A DNA stretch of 64,000 bases, taken from positions 1,111,950-1,175,949 of the forward strand of contig JAPZUA010000001.1 of assembly GCA_027532905.1 (NCBI GenBank), given 5' to 3'. Source of the DNA: Magnetospirillum sp. Lineage in GTDB: Bacteria; Pseudomonadota; Alphaproteobacteria; CACIAM-22H2. Below are positions 49,642 to 58,590 of the stretch, in pieces. The notes beneath the pieces are model-generated. The model had not been told where the DNA came from. It did not search any database and was given only the letters and a program-made list of their open reading frames with translations. Position 1 is the stretch's first letter; each line of letters opens with the position of its first letter. A program made the position numbers and the translations under genes.

Positions 49642-51026
49642 GCGAAGAACTGCACTGGCTTGGAATTGCCGAATTGCACGCGGCTTTCGGGGCGCGCAGA
49701 ACCTCGCCGGTCGAAGTGGTCGAGGCCTTGTTGCGGCGCATCGAGCGCCTTGACGAAAAACTTCACGTATTCGTGACGCTGGATGCCGAGAACGCCCGCA
49801 AAGCCGCGCGCGCCGCGGAGCAGGATATCGAGGCGGGAAGACACAAAGGACCGCTGCACGGCATCCCGATTGCGATCAAGGATGTTATCGATGCTGCAGG
49901 CCTTCCGACGACGTGCCAATCGAAGATCTTCGAAGGCAACATACCGTCTGACGACGCGACGTCGGTCGCCCAGTTGCGTCGAGCCGGCGCCATCGTCCTC
50001 GGAAAGGTCGCGACCTACGAGTTCGCCCTAGGCGGGCCGAGTTTCGACCTTCCCTATCCACCGGCACGGAATCCGTGGCATGTCGATCACAGTACTGGGG
50101 GGTCCTCCTCAGGTTCGGGCGTTGGTTTGGCAGCCGGTCTCTTTCCCGGCGCGCTTGGCACCGACACCGCCGGCTCCGTCCGCAATCCGGCCAGCGCTTG
50201 CGGGATCGTTGGCCTAAAACCGACCTACGGCCGCGTTTCGCGTCAAGGCGTGTTCCCGCTGGCTTTTACGATGGATCATGTCGGCCCGATGGCACGGCGC
50301 GTCGCCGACATTGAACACCTGCTTGCCGCCATGGCCGATCGCAACGCCCCTTATATCGACGCCGCGACAGACGCTGCTGTGCCGCACAGACCCGCCGATC
50401 TTCGTGGAAAGCGCATCGGGTTCGTTCGGCATTTTCACGAGCGCGACATGCCGGCAGACAATGAAGTCGCGGCCGCTCTTGAGTTGGCGGCGCGGGTCTT
50501 CGAAGAGGCCGGTGCCGAAATAGTTAACGTATCGCTTCCGCCGCTCGACGCCTTCGCCGCCGTCAACCGCATCATTCTGCAGGCGGAGGCCTGGGCGGTG
50601 CATGCGAGTTGGCTTCGGACGCGCCCTCAAGACTACGCGAAGCTCACGCGCCAGCGTCTTCTCGGCGGGGCATTCCTGAGCGCGGAGGATTACGTTCAGG
50701 CGCAGCGGAGACGGCGGCGCATGATTGCGGCAATGGAAGATGTATTTCGGGACGTCGATTTGCTCTTATGTGCGAGTGCCATGGATCCGCCGTGCCGGAT
50801 TGACGATGCGGAAGCTGTTGCACGGACCTACCCACGTCAGGCGCGCACGCCGTTCAGCGTGACGGGGCATCCAGCTCTCGCGATGATGTCCGGGCTCTCT
50901 TCGGCTTCATTGCCGCTGTCTTTGCAGCTTGCAGGGCGCTATTGGGACGAAGCCAGCGTGCTGTCGGCAGCCGCTGTGTTCGAGCGCGAAACCCAGTTCT
51001 ACCGGCATCGCCCGACGCTTGAATAA
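49638..51026 (+). CDS. Amidase-signature family amidase (AtzE/GatA-like)
   Basis: A GGSSSGS-containing amidase signature, a Lys-cisSer-Ser catalytic-region pattern, and the motif GIPIAIKD. Confidence 0.85.
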   Translation: MSEELHWLGIAELHAAFGARRTSPVEVVEALLRRIERLDEKLHVFVTLDAENARKAARAAEQDIEAGRHKGPLHGIPIAIKDVIDAAGLPTTCQSKIFEGNIPSDDATSVAQLRRAGAIVLGKVATYEFALGGPSFDLPYPPARNPWHVDHSTGGSSSGSGVGLAAGLFPGALGTDTAGSVRNPASACGIVGLKPTYGRVSRQGVFPLAFTMDHVGPMARRVADIEHLLAAMADRNAPYIDAATDAAVPHRPADLRGKRIGFVRHFHERDMPADNEVAAALELAARVFEEAGAEIVNVSLPPLDAFAAVNRIILQAEAWAVHASWLRTRPQDYAKLTRQRLLGGAFLSAEDYVQAQRRRRRMIAAMEDVFRDVDLLLCASAMDPPCRIDDAEAVARTYPRQARTPFSVTGHPALAMMSGLSSASLPLSLQLAGRYWDEASVLSAAAVFERETQFYRHRPTLE

Positions 51027-51132
51027 CCGATAGAACTAAGGTCAACGCCCCTTTTTCTTCGGGGCAAGACGGCGTATCGCAGACGGCTCGATCGCAATCG
51101 GGCCGTCTGCGACGCCGCATTCGCCAAGCCGA

Positions 51133-52158
51133 TCAGTCCGCGTATCCGTAGTACCACTTGCGCAGATCGCGATACGTGATCGGCTTGTATTTCGGCGGAT
51201 TGTTCGGCCCCTGGCATGTCGGCAGAACTTCGATCAAGGCATCCGCGTTCGGTCCGAAGAACACTGGAATCGAATAACGATCGACGGTGTTCGTATTGAT
51301 AACCCGATGTTTCGTCGACAGATACTGATCGTTCGTCCATCGAACAATCAAATTTCCCGTATTGATGAGTAGCGTTCCGGGGATCGCCTCTACCGCCCGC
51401 CAATGGCCGGACGGCATGCGTACTGCGAGTCCCGACTCGCTGGCCGTCAGGAGCGTCATCATCGAATTGTCGGTATGTGGCGCAATGCCGTACTGGCGGT
51501 CGCCGATCGTTTTCTGCGGCGGATAATGCAGCAGCGACAGGTTGACATGCGGCACCTCGAAGAATTTGTCGAAGTAATCCAAGGGCAGATTCAATGTCGT
51601 CGCCCAAAGCGGCAAGAACTGCTTGCCAAGTTTTTCGGCCGCCGCTTGGTACTTCACTACGACCTCTTTGAACCCGGGCAGATTCTCCGGCCAGACGTTC
51701 CGCTCGACCTTTGGATCGGTTTCCCGGATGACTGTGAACTTGGAATAAAGATTCGTCTTCGCATCTTTGATGATGTTGACGTTCGCTCTGTTGGAGCGTT
51801 CCTCGCCGCCTCCTTGATAGCCGGTCTTGTGGCTATCGACGTCGATGTAGGGCACCCGGTCCTTCACTTCGGACGGAAGCGAATGGAAGCGCTTCGACTG
51901 CTCGAAAACCTGTTTGATGAGTTCTTCGGGGATGCTGTGTCCCTTGAGATAAAAGAAGCCGACGGTTTCGGTGATTTCTTTCAACTGCGCGGCGACGCGT
52001 TCGCGCCCACCCGGCTCGCCTTTCAGATAAGGCGACATATCGAGCGTCGGAATCTCCTCGTCGGAGTCCGGGTAGTCCATGAGCCTGAGCTCTTCTTCCT
52101 CGGTGAATTTCGGCATCGATGCAGTCGAACTGGTGGGCGCCGTTTGAACTATCGACAT
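51133..52158 (-). CDS. Isopenicillin N synthase-like 2OG-Fe(II) oxygenase family protein
   Basis: The DIOX_N/2OG-FeII_Oxy pattern is present (HTDNS...H). An ATG at 52158 has an AGGAGA ribosome-binding site. Confidence 0.7.
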   Translation of the reverse strand: MSIVQTAPTSSTASMPKFTEEEELRLMDYPDSDEEIPTLDMSPYLKGEPGGRERVAAQLKEITETVGFFYLKGHSIPEELIKQVFEQSKRFHSLPSEVKDRVPYIDVDSHKTGYQGGGEERSNRANVNIIKDAKTNLYSKFTVIRETDPKVERNVWPENLPGFKEVVVKYQAAAEKLGKQFLPLWATTLNLPLDYFDKFFEVPHVNLSLLHYPPQKTIGDRQYGIAPHTDNSMMTLLTASESGLAVRMPSGHWRAVEAIPGTLLINTGNLIVRWTNDQYLSTKHRVINTNTVDRYSIPVFFGPNADALIEVLPTCQGPNNPPKYKPITYRDLRKWYYGYAD

Positions 52159-52310
52159 TTGCTTTCTCCTTCCCTGATTGGACCAATCATATCCTGATTG
52201 TTTTTGGCATACCATCATACAAATATGCCTTCTTAAGCGTCTGTATTACCGAATATTTCTCCGAATTAGCTTTTCTGGTTTTTTCGTTAGCCGAGATACA
52301 TCGGCCGGAC

Positions 52311-53210
52311 TTAGCTGCCGGCAATCGTTCCGGGCGGCAGCGAGCGGGCATATGCTGCGATCTCGCCCGGTCGTGTGAACCAAACTTTGTCGCGCAGTTT
52401 ATGGTTCACGATGTATTGCAGCGCTTTGCGAAGCTGAGCGTAACGAAAGGGCTGTCCAACGACGAAAGTGTGCAGCGAAATGCCGCAGACCAAGGGTGCC
52501 CGCTCCGAGAATTCAAGCATCGTGTCGAATTGATCGATGATCATTTGGCTGAAATCGGTCGCCGACTGCATCCGGCTCAGCATCGTCGGGCTGTCGTTGA
52601 TTTCGATAGGATAGGGCACGGACAGAATAGGTCCTGAGCGTGTCCGCATCCAAAACGGCTGATCGTCGGCGGGCCAATCCAGCAAATAGCTGTAGCCGGC
52701 TTCCTTGAGCAGATCCGGCGTAACGGCGGTTTCGGATATCCATGGCCCCATCCAACCTTCGGGCCGCACGCCGTGACCCGCCGCCAGCTTGTCGGTTGCT
52801 TCGCGAATGAGACGCGCCTCGCTCGGCTCGTCCAGATCGCCCTGGCGCTCAGAGTTTGTGCGTCCATGCCCGACAATTTCATCCGCCCGCGCCTTGATCC
52901 GCGCCACGATTTGCGGGCAGCGGTCGTAGACTGCGGAGTTGATCAAGTGGGACAACGGCAGTCCCAAAGAGTCAGCCAAATCGAAGATACGCCAGATTCC
53001 GACGCGCAAGCCGTAGTCGCGCCAAGCATAGTTGCGCGGGTCCGGTGGGGGTCCGAGCGAGGTCGGCGTATGCCCCATCGTGCCGCCGAAAGCGAAGTCC
53101 TCGACATTGAGCGCCAGGTAAAAAGCCAATCGTTTGCCGCCCGGCCAGTCGAAATCGGGCCGCTCAAAGATCGGCGAATACTCGAATCGGCCATGGTGCG
53201 GCAACGTCAT
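52311..53210 (-). CDS. Polysaccharide-deacetylase-like (PuuE-type) hydrolase family protein
   Basis: NodB-like fold motifs. The product has the size and N-terminus of the PuuE/allantoinase-like subgroup. Confidence 0.55.
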   Translation of the reverse strand: MTLPHHGRFEYSPIFERPDFDWPGGKRLAFYLALNVEDFAFGGTMGHTPTSLGPPPDPRNYAWRDYGLRVGIWRIFDLADSLGLPLSHLINSAVYDRCPQIVARIKARADEIVGHGRTNSERQGDLDEPSEARLIREATDKLAAGHGVRPEGWMGPWISETAVTPDLLKEAGYSYLLDWPADDQPFWMRTRSGPILSVPYPIEINDSPTMLSRMQSATDFSQMIIDQFDTMLEFSERAPLVCGISLHTFVVGQPFRYAQLRKALQYIVNHKLRDKVWFTRPGEIAAYARSLPPGTIAGS

Positions 53211-53363
53211 CGGGCGCCCCTCGCTCCAGTACCTTCAAACATTCGCATTTGCCCCTTACCGAGCGCTTCGAGCGCCTTGATGTACCAAATTTGCTACATT
53301 TTTGAAATTCCGGCAAGCCATATAAATCGAGGTTCTGTGAGCTGATTTAACCCCCATCATAAA

Positions 53364-53376
53364 GTGTTCCATTTTT
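53364..53376 (-). promoter_or_regulatory. Motif AAAAATGGAACAC (minus-strand orientation)
   Basis: The plus strand reads GTGTTCCATTTTT. It sits in the divergent deacetylase / TcuA-like intergenic region. Confidence 0.4.
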
Positions 53377-53462
53377 CGTACGATATGAAATACTTGCTGA
53401 CGAGTTTTTGGACAACAGCTTCTAAAGGGCAATTGAACAGCGTGACGGACCCATCGGAGCGC

Positions 53463-54842
53463 ATGTACGACGCGCTGATCGTCGGCGGCGGTAACGCAGC
53501 GATGTGTGCTGCCATCAGTGCGCGGCGCGGCGGTGCGAGCGTGCTCGTGCTCGAGGCAGCGCCAAAATTCTATCGCGGCGGCAACACGCGGCACACACGC
53601 AACATGCGCTGCGCCCACGATTCCGCGACGGAGACACTGACCGGTCCCTATACGGAAGCGGAATTCTGGACCGATCTTCATCAGGTCACGGGCGGTCAGA
53701 CCGACGAAGAACTCGCCAAGCACATGATCGCCGAGTCCAAGGAGATGCTCGGCTGGATCGTCGAGCAGGGTGTGCGCTTCCAGCCGTCGCTCGGCGGAAC
53801 CCTCAGCCTAGGCCGAACCAATTCGTTTTTCTTAGGCGGCGGCCGGGCAATGCTTAACGCGCTCTACCGCACGGCCGAGTCGCTCGGCGTCGAAGTTCTT
53901 TACGACGCGGAGGTCGTCGGCGCCGACATACGCGACGGGATGTTCCTGGCCGCTAGCGTCAAACGCGGTTCCAAGATCAAAAGGATTCGCGCCAAAACGT
54001 TGGTCGCGGCGGCTGGCGGATTCGAGGCGAACATCGACTGGCTCAAGCAATACTGGGGCGATCCGGCCGACAATTTCCTGATCCGCGGGACGCCCTACAA
54101 TCGCGGCACCGTATTGCGCATACTGCTCGATGCAGGCGCTCATCCGATCGGCGATCCCACGCAATGCCATGCAGTCGCGATCGACGCGCGCGCGCCCAAA
54201 TTTGACGGCGGCATCATCACGCGGCTCGACTGCGTCGTCTTCGGCATCGTAGTGAACAAGCACGCGCAGCGCTTCGACGACGAAGGTGCCGATTTCTGGC
54301 CGAAGCGTTATGCGGTTTGGGGCCGCCTCGTGGCCGCCCAGCCGGACCAGATCGCCTACATCGTTTTCGACAAAAGCGCTTCGACGCTGTTCATGCCGTC
54401 GCTGTTTCCGGCCATCGAGGGGCAGACGATCGCCGAACTTGCGGCCAAACTCGGCCTCGATACCGCAGCGCTCGAACAAACCGTCGCGCGCTTCAATGCG
54501 GCCGTGCGCCCCGGCACGTTCGACTCGACCGTCTTGGACGATTGCCGCACCGAGGGTCTTGTGCCGCCGAAGAGCCATTGGGCGCGTGCACTGGCGACAC
54601 CGCCCTTCTACGCCTATCCCGTTCGACCCGGCATTACCTTCACCTATCTCGGCACAAAGGTCGACAAGACCGCCCGCATCCTGATGCAGGACGGCAAACC
54701 GTCGGCGAACATGTTTGCGGCCGGCGAGATCATGGCCGGGAACGTGCTCGGCAAAGGTTATGCCGCGGGTATTGGTATGACGATTGGAAGCGTGTTCGGG
54801 CGTATCGCGGGCCGGGAGGCCGCAAAACGTGCAAGCAACTGA
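53463..54842 (+). CDS. FAD-dependent oxidoreductase, TcuA-like (tricarballylate dehydrogenase family)
   Basis: The FAD motif ALIVGGGNAAMCAAI is present, with TcuA/FAD_binding_2 family similarity. The start was reset to the ATG at 53463. Confidence 0.75.
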   Translation: MYDALIVGGGNAAMCAAISARRGGASVLVLEAAPKFYRGGNTRHTRNMRCAHDSATETLTGPYTEAEFWTDLHQVTGGQTDEELAKHMIAESKEMLGWIVEQGVRFQPSLGGTLSLGRTNSFFLGGGRAMLNALYRTAESLGVEVLYDAEVVGADIRDGMFLAASVKRGSKIKRIRAKTLVAAAGGFEANIDWLKQYWGDPADNFLIRGTPYNRGTVLRILLDAGAHPIGDPTQCHAVAIDARAPKFDGGIITRLDCVVFGIVVNKHAQRFDDEGADFWPKRYAVWGRLVAAQPDQIAYIVFDKSASTLFMPSLFPAIEGQTIAELAAKLGLDTAALEQTVARFNAAVRPGTFDSTVLDDCRTEGLVPPKSHWARALATPPFYAYPVRPGITFTYLGTKVDKTARILMQDGKPSANMFAAGEIMAGNVLGKGYAAGIGMTIGSVFGRIAGREAAKRASN

Positions 54843-55926
54843 AACGACGTCGCCTGCCCTGATCGAGGCCGACCGCCTGATGGTAGTCTGCAATTCCTGC
54901 CGCTATTGCGAAGGCATTTGCGCCGTGTTCCCGGCGATGGAGATGCGGCGCAGCTTCACGGCTGCGGATCTGCGCTACTTTGCCAATCTCTGCCACGGCT
55001 GCGGCGCTTGCTACGACGATTGTCAGTTCTCACCACCGCACGAGTTCAACGTCAATGTGCCGAAAGTGATGGCGCAGGTGCGCGCCGAATCCTACGCGCA
55101 CTACGCATGGCCGCGTGCGGCCGCCAAGATTTTCGAGCATAACGGTTTGGCGGTGGCGCTTACTGCCGCACTGGGTGTTGCCGCTTTTGTGGCCGGTTTC
55201 GTTGCATGGACGGATCCAAGCGTGCTGTTCGGCACGCATACGGGACCGGGTGCGTTCTACCGGCTGATGCCCCACAATGCGATGGTGCTGCTGTTCGGCG
55301 CCGCGTTTTCGTATGCGTTGCTGGCGCTCGCGATGGGTCTGCGGAATTTCTGGCGCGACGGCAAGGGGGCCGAGGCGGCGGCCTACGCGGCGGCCGGGCA
55401 CGATGCGGCGACGCTACGCTATCTCGACGGCGGCGGTGCCGGCTGCCAGGACGGCGACGGGGCCGAAAGCGACAATCGGCGCCTGTTCCACCATCTGACA
55501 CTCTACGGCTTCTTGCTGTGCCTCGCCTCGACCACCACCGCGACGCTCTACCACTACGTCCTCGGCCGCGAAGCGCCCTATCCTTGGTACGACGTGCCGG
55601 TCGTGCTCGGAACCTTGGGCGGGCTTGGCCTGCTCGTGGGCCCGATCGGGCTGATGCGCGAGAAGGCCAAGCGCGACCCGGCCACAAAAGCGACTGGGCT
55701 CGTAGGCATGGAAACGGCGTTTGTTGCGATGCTGTTTTTGACGAGCCTCAGCGGGCTTGCCCTTCTGGTTCTGCGCGAGACCCCGGCGATGGGGCTGCTC
55801 CTCGCCTTCCATTTGGGCGTCGTGTTCGCGCTGTTCTTGACGTTGCCCTACGGCAAGTTCGTGCATGGGCTCTATCGCTATCTCGCCCTCGTGCGCTATG
55901 CGCAGGAGCGAAAATCGGGCCCTTGA
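54829..55926 (+). CDS. TcuB-like FeS membrane protein
   Basis: CNSCRYCEGICAVFPAM and CHGCGACYDDC cysteine clusters are followed by a polytopic membrane domain. A GTG at 54829 has a GGGAGG ribosome-binding site and overlaps the end of the TcuA-like gene. Confidence 0.7.
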   Translation: MQATETTSPALIEADRLMVVCNSCRYCEGICAVFPAMEMRRSFTAADLRYFANLCHGCGACYDDCQFSPPHEFNVNVPKVMAQVRAESYAHYAWPRAAAKIFEHNGLAVALTAALGVAAFVAGFVAWTDPSVLFGTHTGPGAFYRLMPHNAMVLLFGAAFSYALLALAMGLRNFWRDGKGAEAAAYAAAGHDAATLRYLDGGGAGCQDGDGAESDNRRLFHHLTLYGFLLCLASTTTATLYHYVLGREAPYPWYDVPVVLGTLGGLGLLVGPIGLMREKAKRDPATKATGLVGMETAFVAMLFLTSLSGLALLVLRETPAMGLLLAFHLGVVFALFLTLPYGKFVHGLYRYLALVRYAQERKSGP

Positions 55927-56071
55927 GGGCGCCCGGCAGGCCGCGCTTGACCTGCGGCCGTCCATATGCACATTGCTTGGCCCAACAGGCTTGGTTTCGT
56001 TTTCTTTTGAACGGCTTATGGCGGCGAAGCGAGCCGTGTGTTTTGCAACGATTGGGCAGCGCGGCAAACAG

Positions 56072-56980
56072 ATGACACTTCGTTATGACGACATTGGGAA
56101 CCGTCTCAAAGCCTACCGCATGGGCTCAGGCTTGAGCGCCGACGAGATCGCCAAGCAACTTGGCATCTCGCGGACGGCTCTTTACCGTTTCGAGAAAGGC
56201 GAATTGGCCAAGATCGAGACGCTGGAAAGGCTGGCCGAGCTGCTCGGCGTATCGATCCCTACCCTGCTCGGCGTCGGCATCGAATACATCCCCTCCGCTG
56301 TCGGCTACTTCGAACGGCTTCGCCAGATCGAAGAGACGGCAGAGCATATCGTCGTGCTATCCGGCCCTATCTCGTTTTTGCTCGGGTCCGAAAATTTCTT
56401 ACCGACTCTGCAAGACGTGCTGACCGAAAACATCAGCAGCACGATCGAAAACCAAGCCCAAGCGCTGAGCGATATCAAGCAGATCATCGAAATACTGCGC
56501 CAGCGCAAAGAACTCTATCGGCGACGGCGGCCGACGATCGTCAACATGATGTCGGCCCTTGAGATCGAGCGCTTTCTGGATCACGGTTTCATCGGGCGCG
56601 CTGGGCTTGCGGATGCAGAAATCCGAAAAAGAAAGCAACTCGCACGGACCGAGATACAGCATTTTGCATCCCTGATCGATCAGCACCCGATCGGGATCCA
56701 AGTAGGTATCGTAACGGATACGCTGCCGTTCACGGGTTTTCAGCTTTTTCGACAACCAGACCGGAAGTTGCTAGTGCTGAGCCCGTTCAGGCTCGGCAGC
56801 GAGCCAAACGTTCGGGTCGGCGTCGCAACGATTACGTCCGCGCCGGATGCGGTCAATCTCCACGAAAAATCGATCGACGAAATGTGGCGCCGAGCTCTCA
56901 AAGGTCAGGCAGCCGCCGAGTATCTCCGGCGCCTGCTCGCAAACGACAGCGAACCCGACGTCCCCAAGAAAAAGAAGTAA
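56072..56980 (+). CDS. XRE-family HTH regulator with a C-terminal ~230-aa domain
   Basis: The HTH sequence LSADEIAKQLGISRTALYRFEKGE is present. The start was reset to the ATG at 56072. Confidence 0.7.
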   Translation: MTLRYDDIGNRLKAYRMGSGLSADEIAKQLGISRTALYRFEKGELAKIETLERLAELLGVSIPTLLGVGIEYIPSAVGYFERLRQIEETAEHIVVLSGPISFLLGSENFLPTLQDVLTENISSTIENQAQALSDIKQIIEILRQRKELYRRRRPTIVNMMSALEIERFLDHGFIGRAGLADAEIRKRKQLARTEIQHFASLIDQHPIGIQVGIVTDTLPFTGFQLFRQPDRKLLVLSPFRLGSEPNVRVGVATITSAPDAVNLHEKSIDEMWRRALKGQAAAEYLRRLLANDSEPDVPKKKK

Positions 56981-57323
56981 TTGACGTAATTTTGATCTGA
57001 CCGGGATTTCTTGAGCCAGGCTGAATAAGGCGATCAGCTTGAAATGATACCGCCTAAAACTTAAATCCGTTTTAAGTGGGAATTAAAGTTCTCACATTCA
57101 TCCGCGCTGGCGTGCCATAGCGGGTGAAACTGGGCACTATTGGCGACGAGCAATGGATGTCCCCTAAAGTCGTTCGGCACACGGCACGTCGATTAACGAA
57201 TAGCGTGCCATAGTCGATGTATAGGGGAACTTTTTGAGCGAGACAGGAACAAGTGGAAATTTCCTGTAATTATCTGAAATTCTTAGATTTTCTATCTCTA
57301 ATGTCTCTCGAGATCGATCTTCC

Positions 57324-57692
57324 TTATACTTTTTTCAAGAAGACATCCTTGGCAACTGACATCGCCATTACGGCGCATGGCCAGCCAGCATAGAACGCTA
57401 GGTGCGTAATGGCTTCGACAAGTTCCTCTTCCGTGAGTCCGTTCTGTTTTGCTATTGCGAGATGGGACCGGAGCTGCTCCGGACGATATGCCGCAACAAG
57501 CGCGCTGATTGTCACCAAGCTGCGATCACGCTTGGAGAGCTGGGACCGCTCCCAAATATCACCGAACAGTATGCCATCAGTCAATTCGACCATTTTTGGC
57601 GCGATGTCGCCGTATAGTTGCTGCGCGCGCGTGGGCGGTAGATCAGATATCGACGATACTGGTTGCTCAGGATTCTTCGTAGAGTTTGTCAT
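57324..57692 (-). CDS. Carboxymuconolactone decarboxylase (AhpD-like) family protein
   Basis: The CMD fold, including the pattern ...AFYAGWP. An ATG at 57692 has a GAGG ribosome-binding site. Confidence 0.7.
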   Translation of the reverse strand: MTNSTKNPEQPVSSISDLPPTRAQQLYGDIAPKMVELTDGILFGDIWERSQLSKRDRSLVTISALVAAYRPEQLRSHLAIAKQNGLTEEELVEAITHLAFYAGWPCAVMAMSVAKDVFLKKV

Positions 57693-58012
57693 CTTTGCCT
57701 CAATGAGACCTATCCCACTTAAGGACGAAGCACATCGCGATCGTCCGGGCACTAGCGGCACTCAAGTCAATACGAATCAAACCTCCCGACCGCTCTGAGA
57801 ATGAAAACGCCGAAGGCACAGGGAGTTTGGCATTCCCTTCTGTCGATGCCACGTCCCTTCGGCAGGTGACTTGGTTCCCGACGACCGCCTGCTTAGTCTA
57901 ACCTGTCTGAAGTTCTTGAGGTGCGAGACTAATTGAGCCTCCATCTCAACGTTACAAAAGTGGACATCGAATCAGCTATAGAGGATCCCTGCCACGGGAT
58001 CGGAGACGCGCC

Positions 58013-58549
58013 ATGTCACTTGTCAAGAAAGTCCACCATGTCGCCTATCGCTGTAAGGATGCGAAGGAGACGGTGAACTGGTACCGAAAATATCTCGACA
58101 TGGAATTCATCCTCGCAATTGCCGAGGATGAAGTGCCTTCAACAAAGGCGCCAAACCCTTACATACACGTCTTCCTTGATGCCGGAGACGGGAATGTTCT
58201 TGCGTTTTTTGAGATCGTCGGGCAGCCGCCGATGGATCGAGACCGCAACACGCCGTCCTGGGTGCAGCATCTCGCGCTGAAGGTCGACACGATGGAAACG
58301 CTTCTCGCGGCGAAGGCGCGGCTCGAGGCCGACGGCATCGAGGTCGTGGGACCGACGAACCACACGATCTTCAAGAGCATCTACTTCTTTGACCCGAACG
58401 GCCATCGACTTGAACTTGCGGTGGATTGCGGCACGCCTGACATGTACCAGCGTCTGGATGCTGTAAAGTGGGAGATGCTCGAAGAGTGGAGCAAAACCCG
58501 GCGCGCACCGAAACACGCTCGATGGATGCACGAAATGCCCGACGCCTGA
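58013..58549 (+). CDS. VOC-family (glyoxalase/extradiol dioxygenase-like) protein
   Basis: A single VOC domain (HHVAYRC...H.AL). Confidence 0.7.
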   Translation: MSLVKKVHHVAYRCKDAKETVNWYRKYLDMEFILAIAEDEVPSTKAPNPYIHVFLDAGDGNVLAFFEIVGQPPMDRDRNTPSWVQHLALKVDTMETLLAAKARLEADGIEVVGPTNHTIFKSIYFFDPNGHRLELAVDCGTPDMYQRLDAVKWEMLEEWSKTRRAPKHARWMHEMPDA

Positions 58550-58590
58550 CCCTGCGACGCGGGATTCCGAATGAAAGCTGGATCGACCCG

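Noticed and set aside
18663-53376. GGAAC in the recurrent motif read as an ECF-sigma -35 element.
   Set aside because: No consistent -10 element (CGTT or GTC type) lies at a fixed 16-17 nt spacing across the sites. At 31164 the motif overlaps the ribosome-binding site and start codon, which fits an operator better than a promoter.
57090-57215. TGGCACG sequences read as a sigma54 promoter.
   Set aside because: The required TTGC element at +4/5 nt is absent in both copies.
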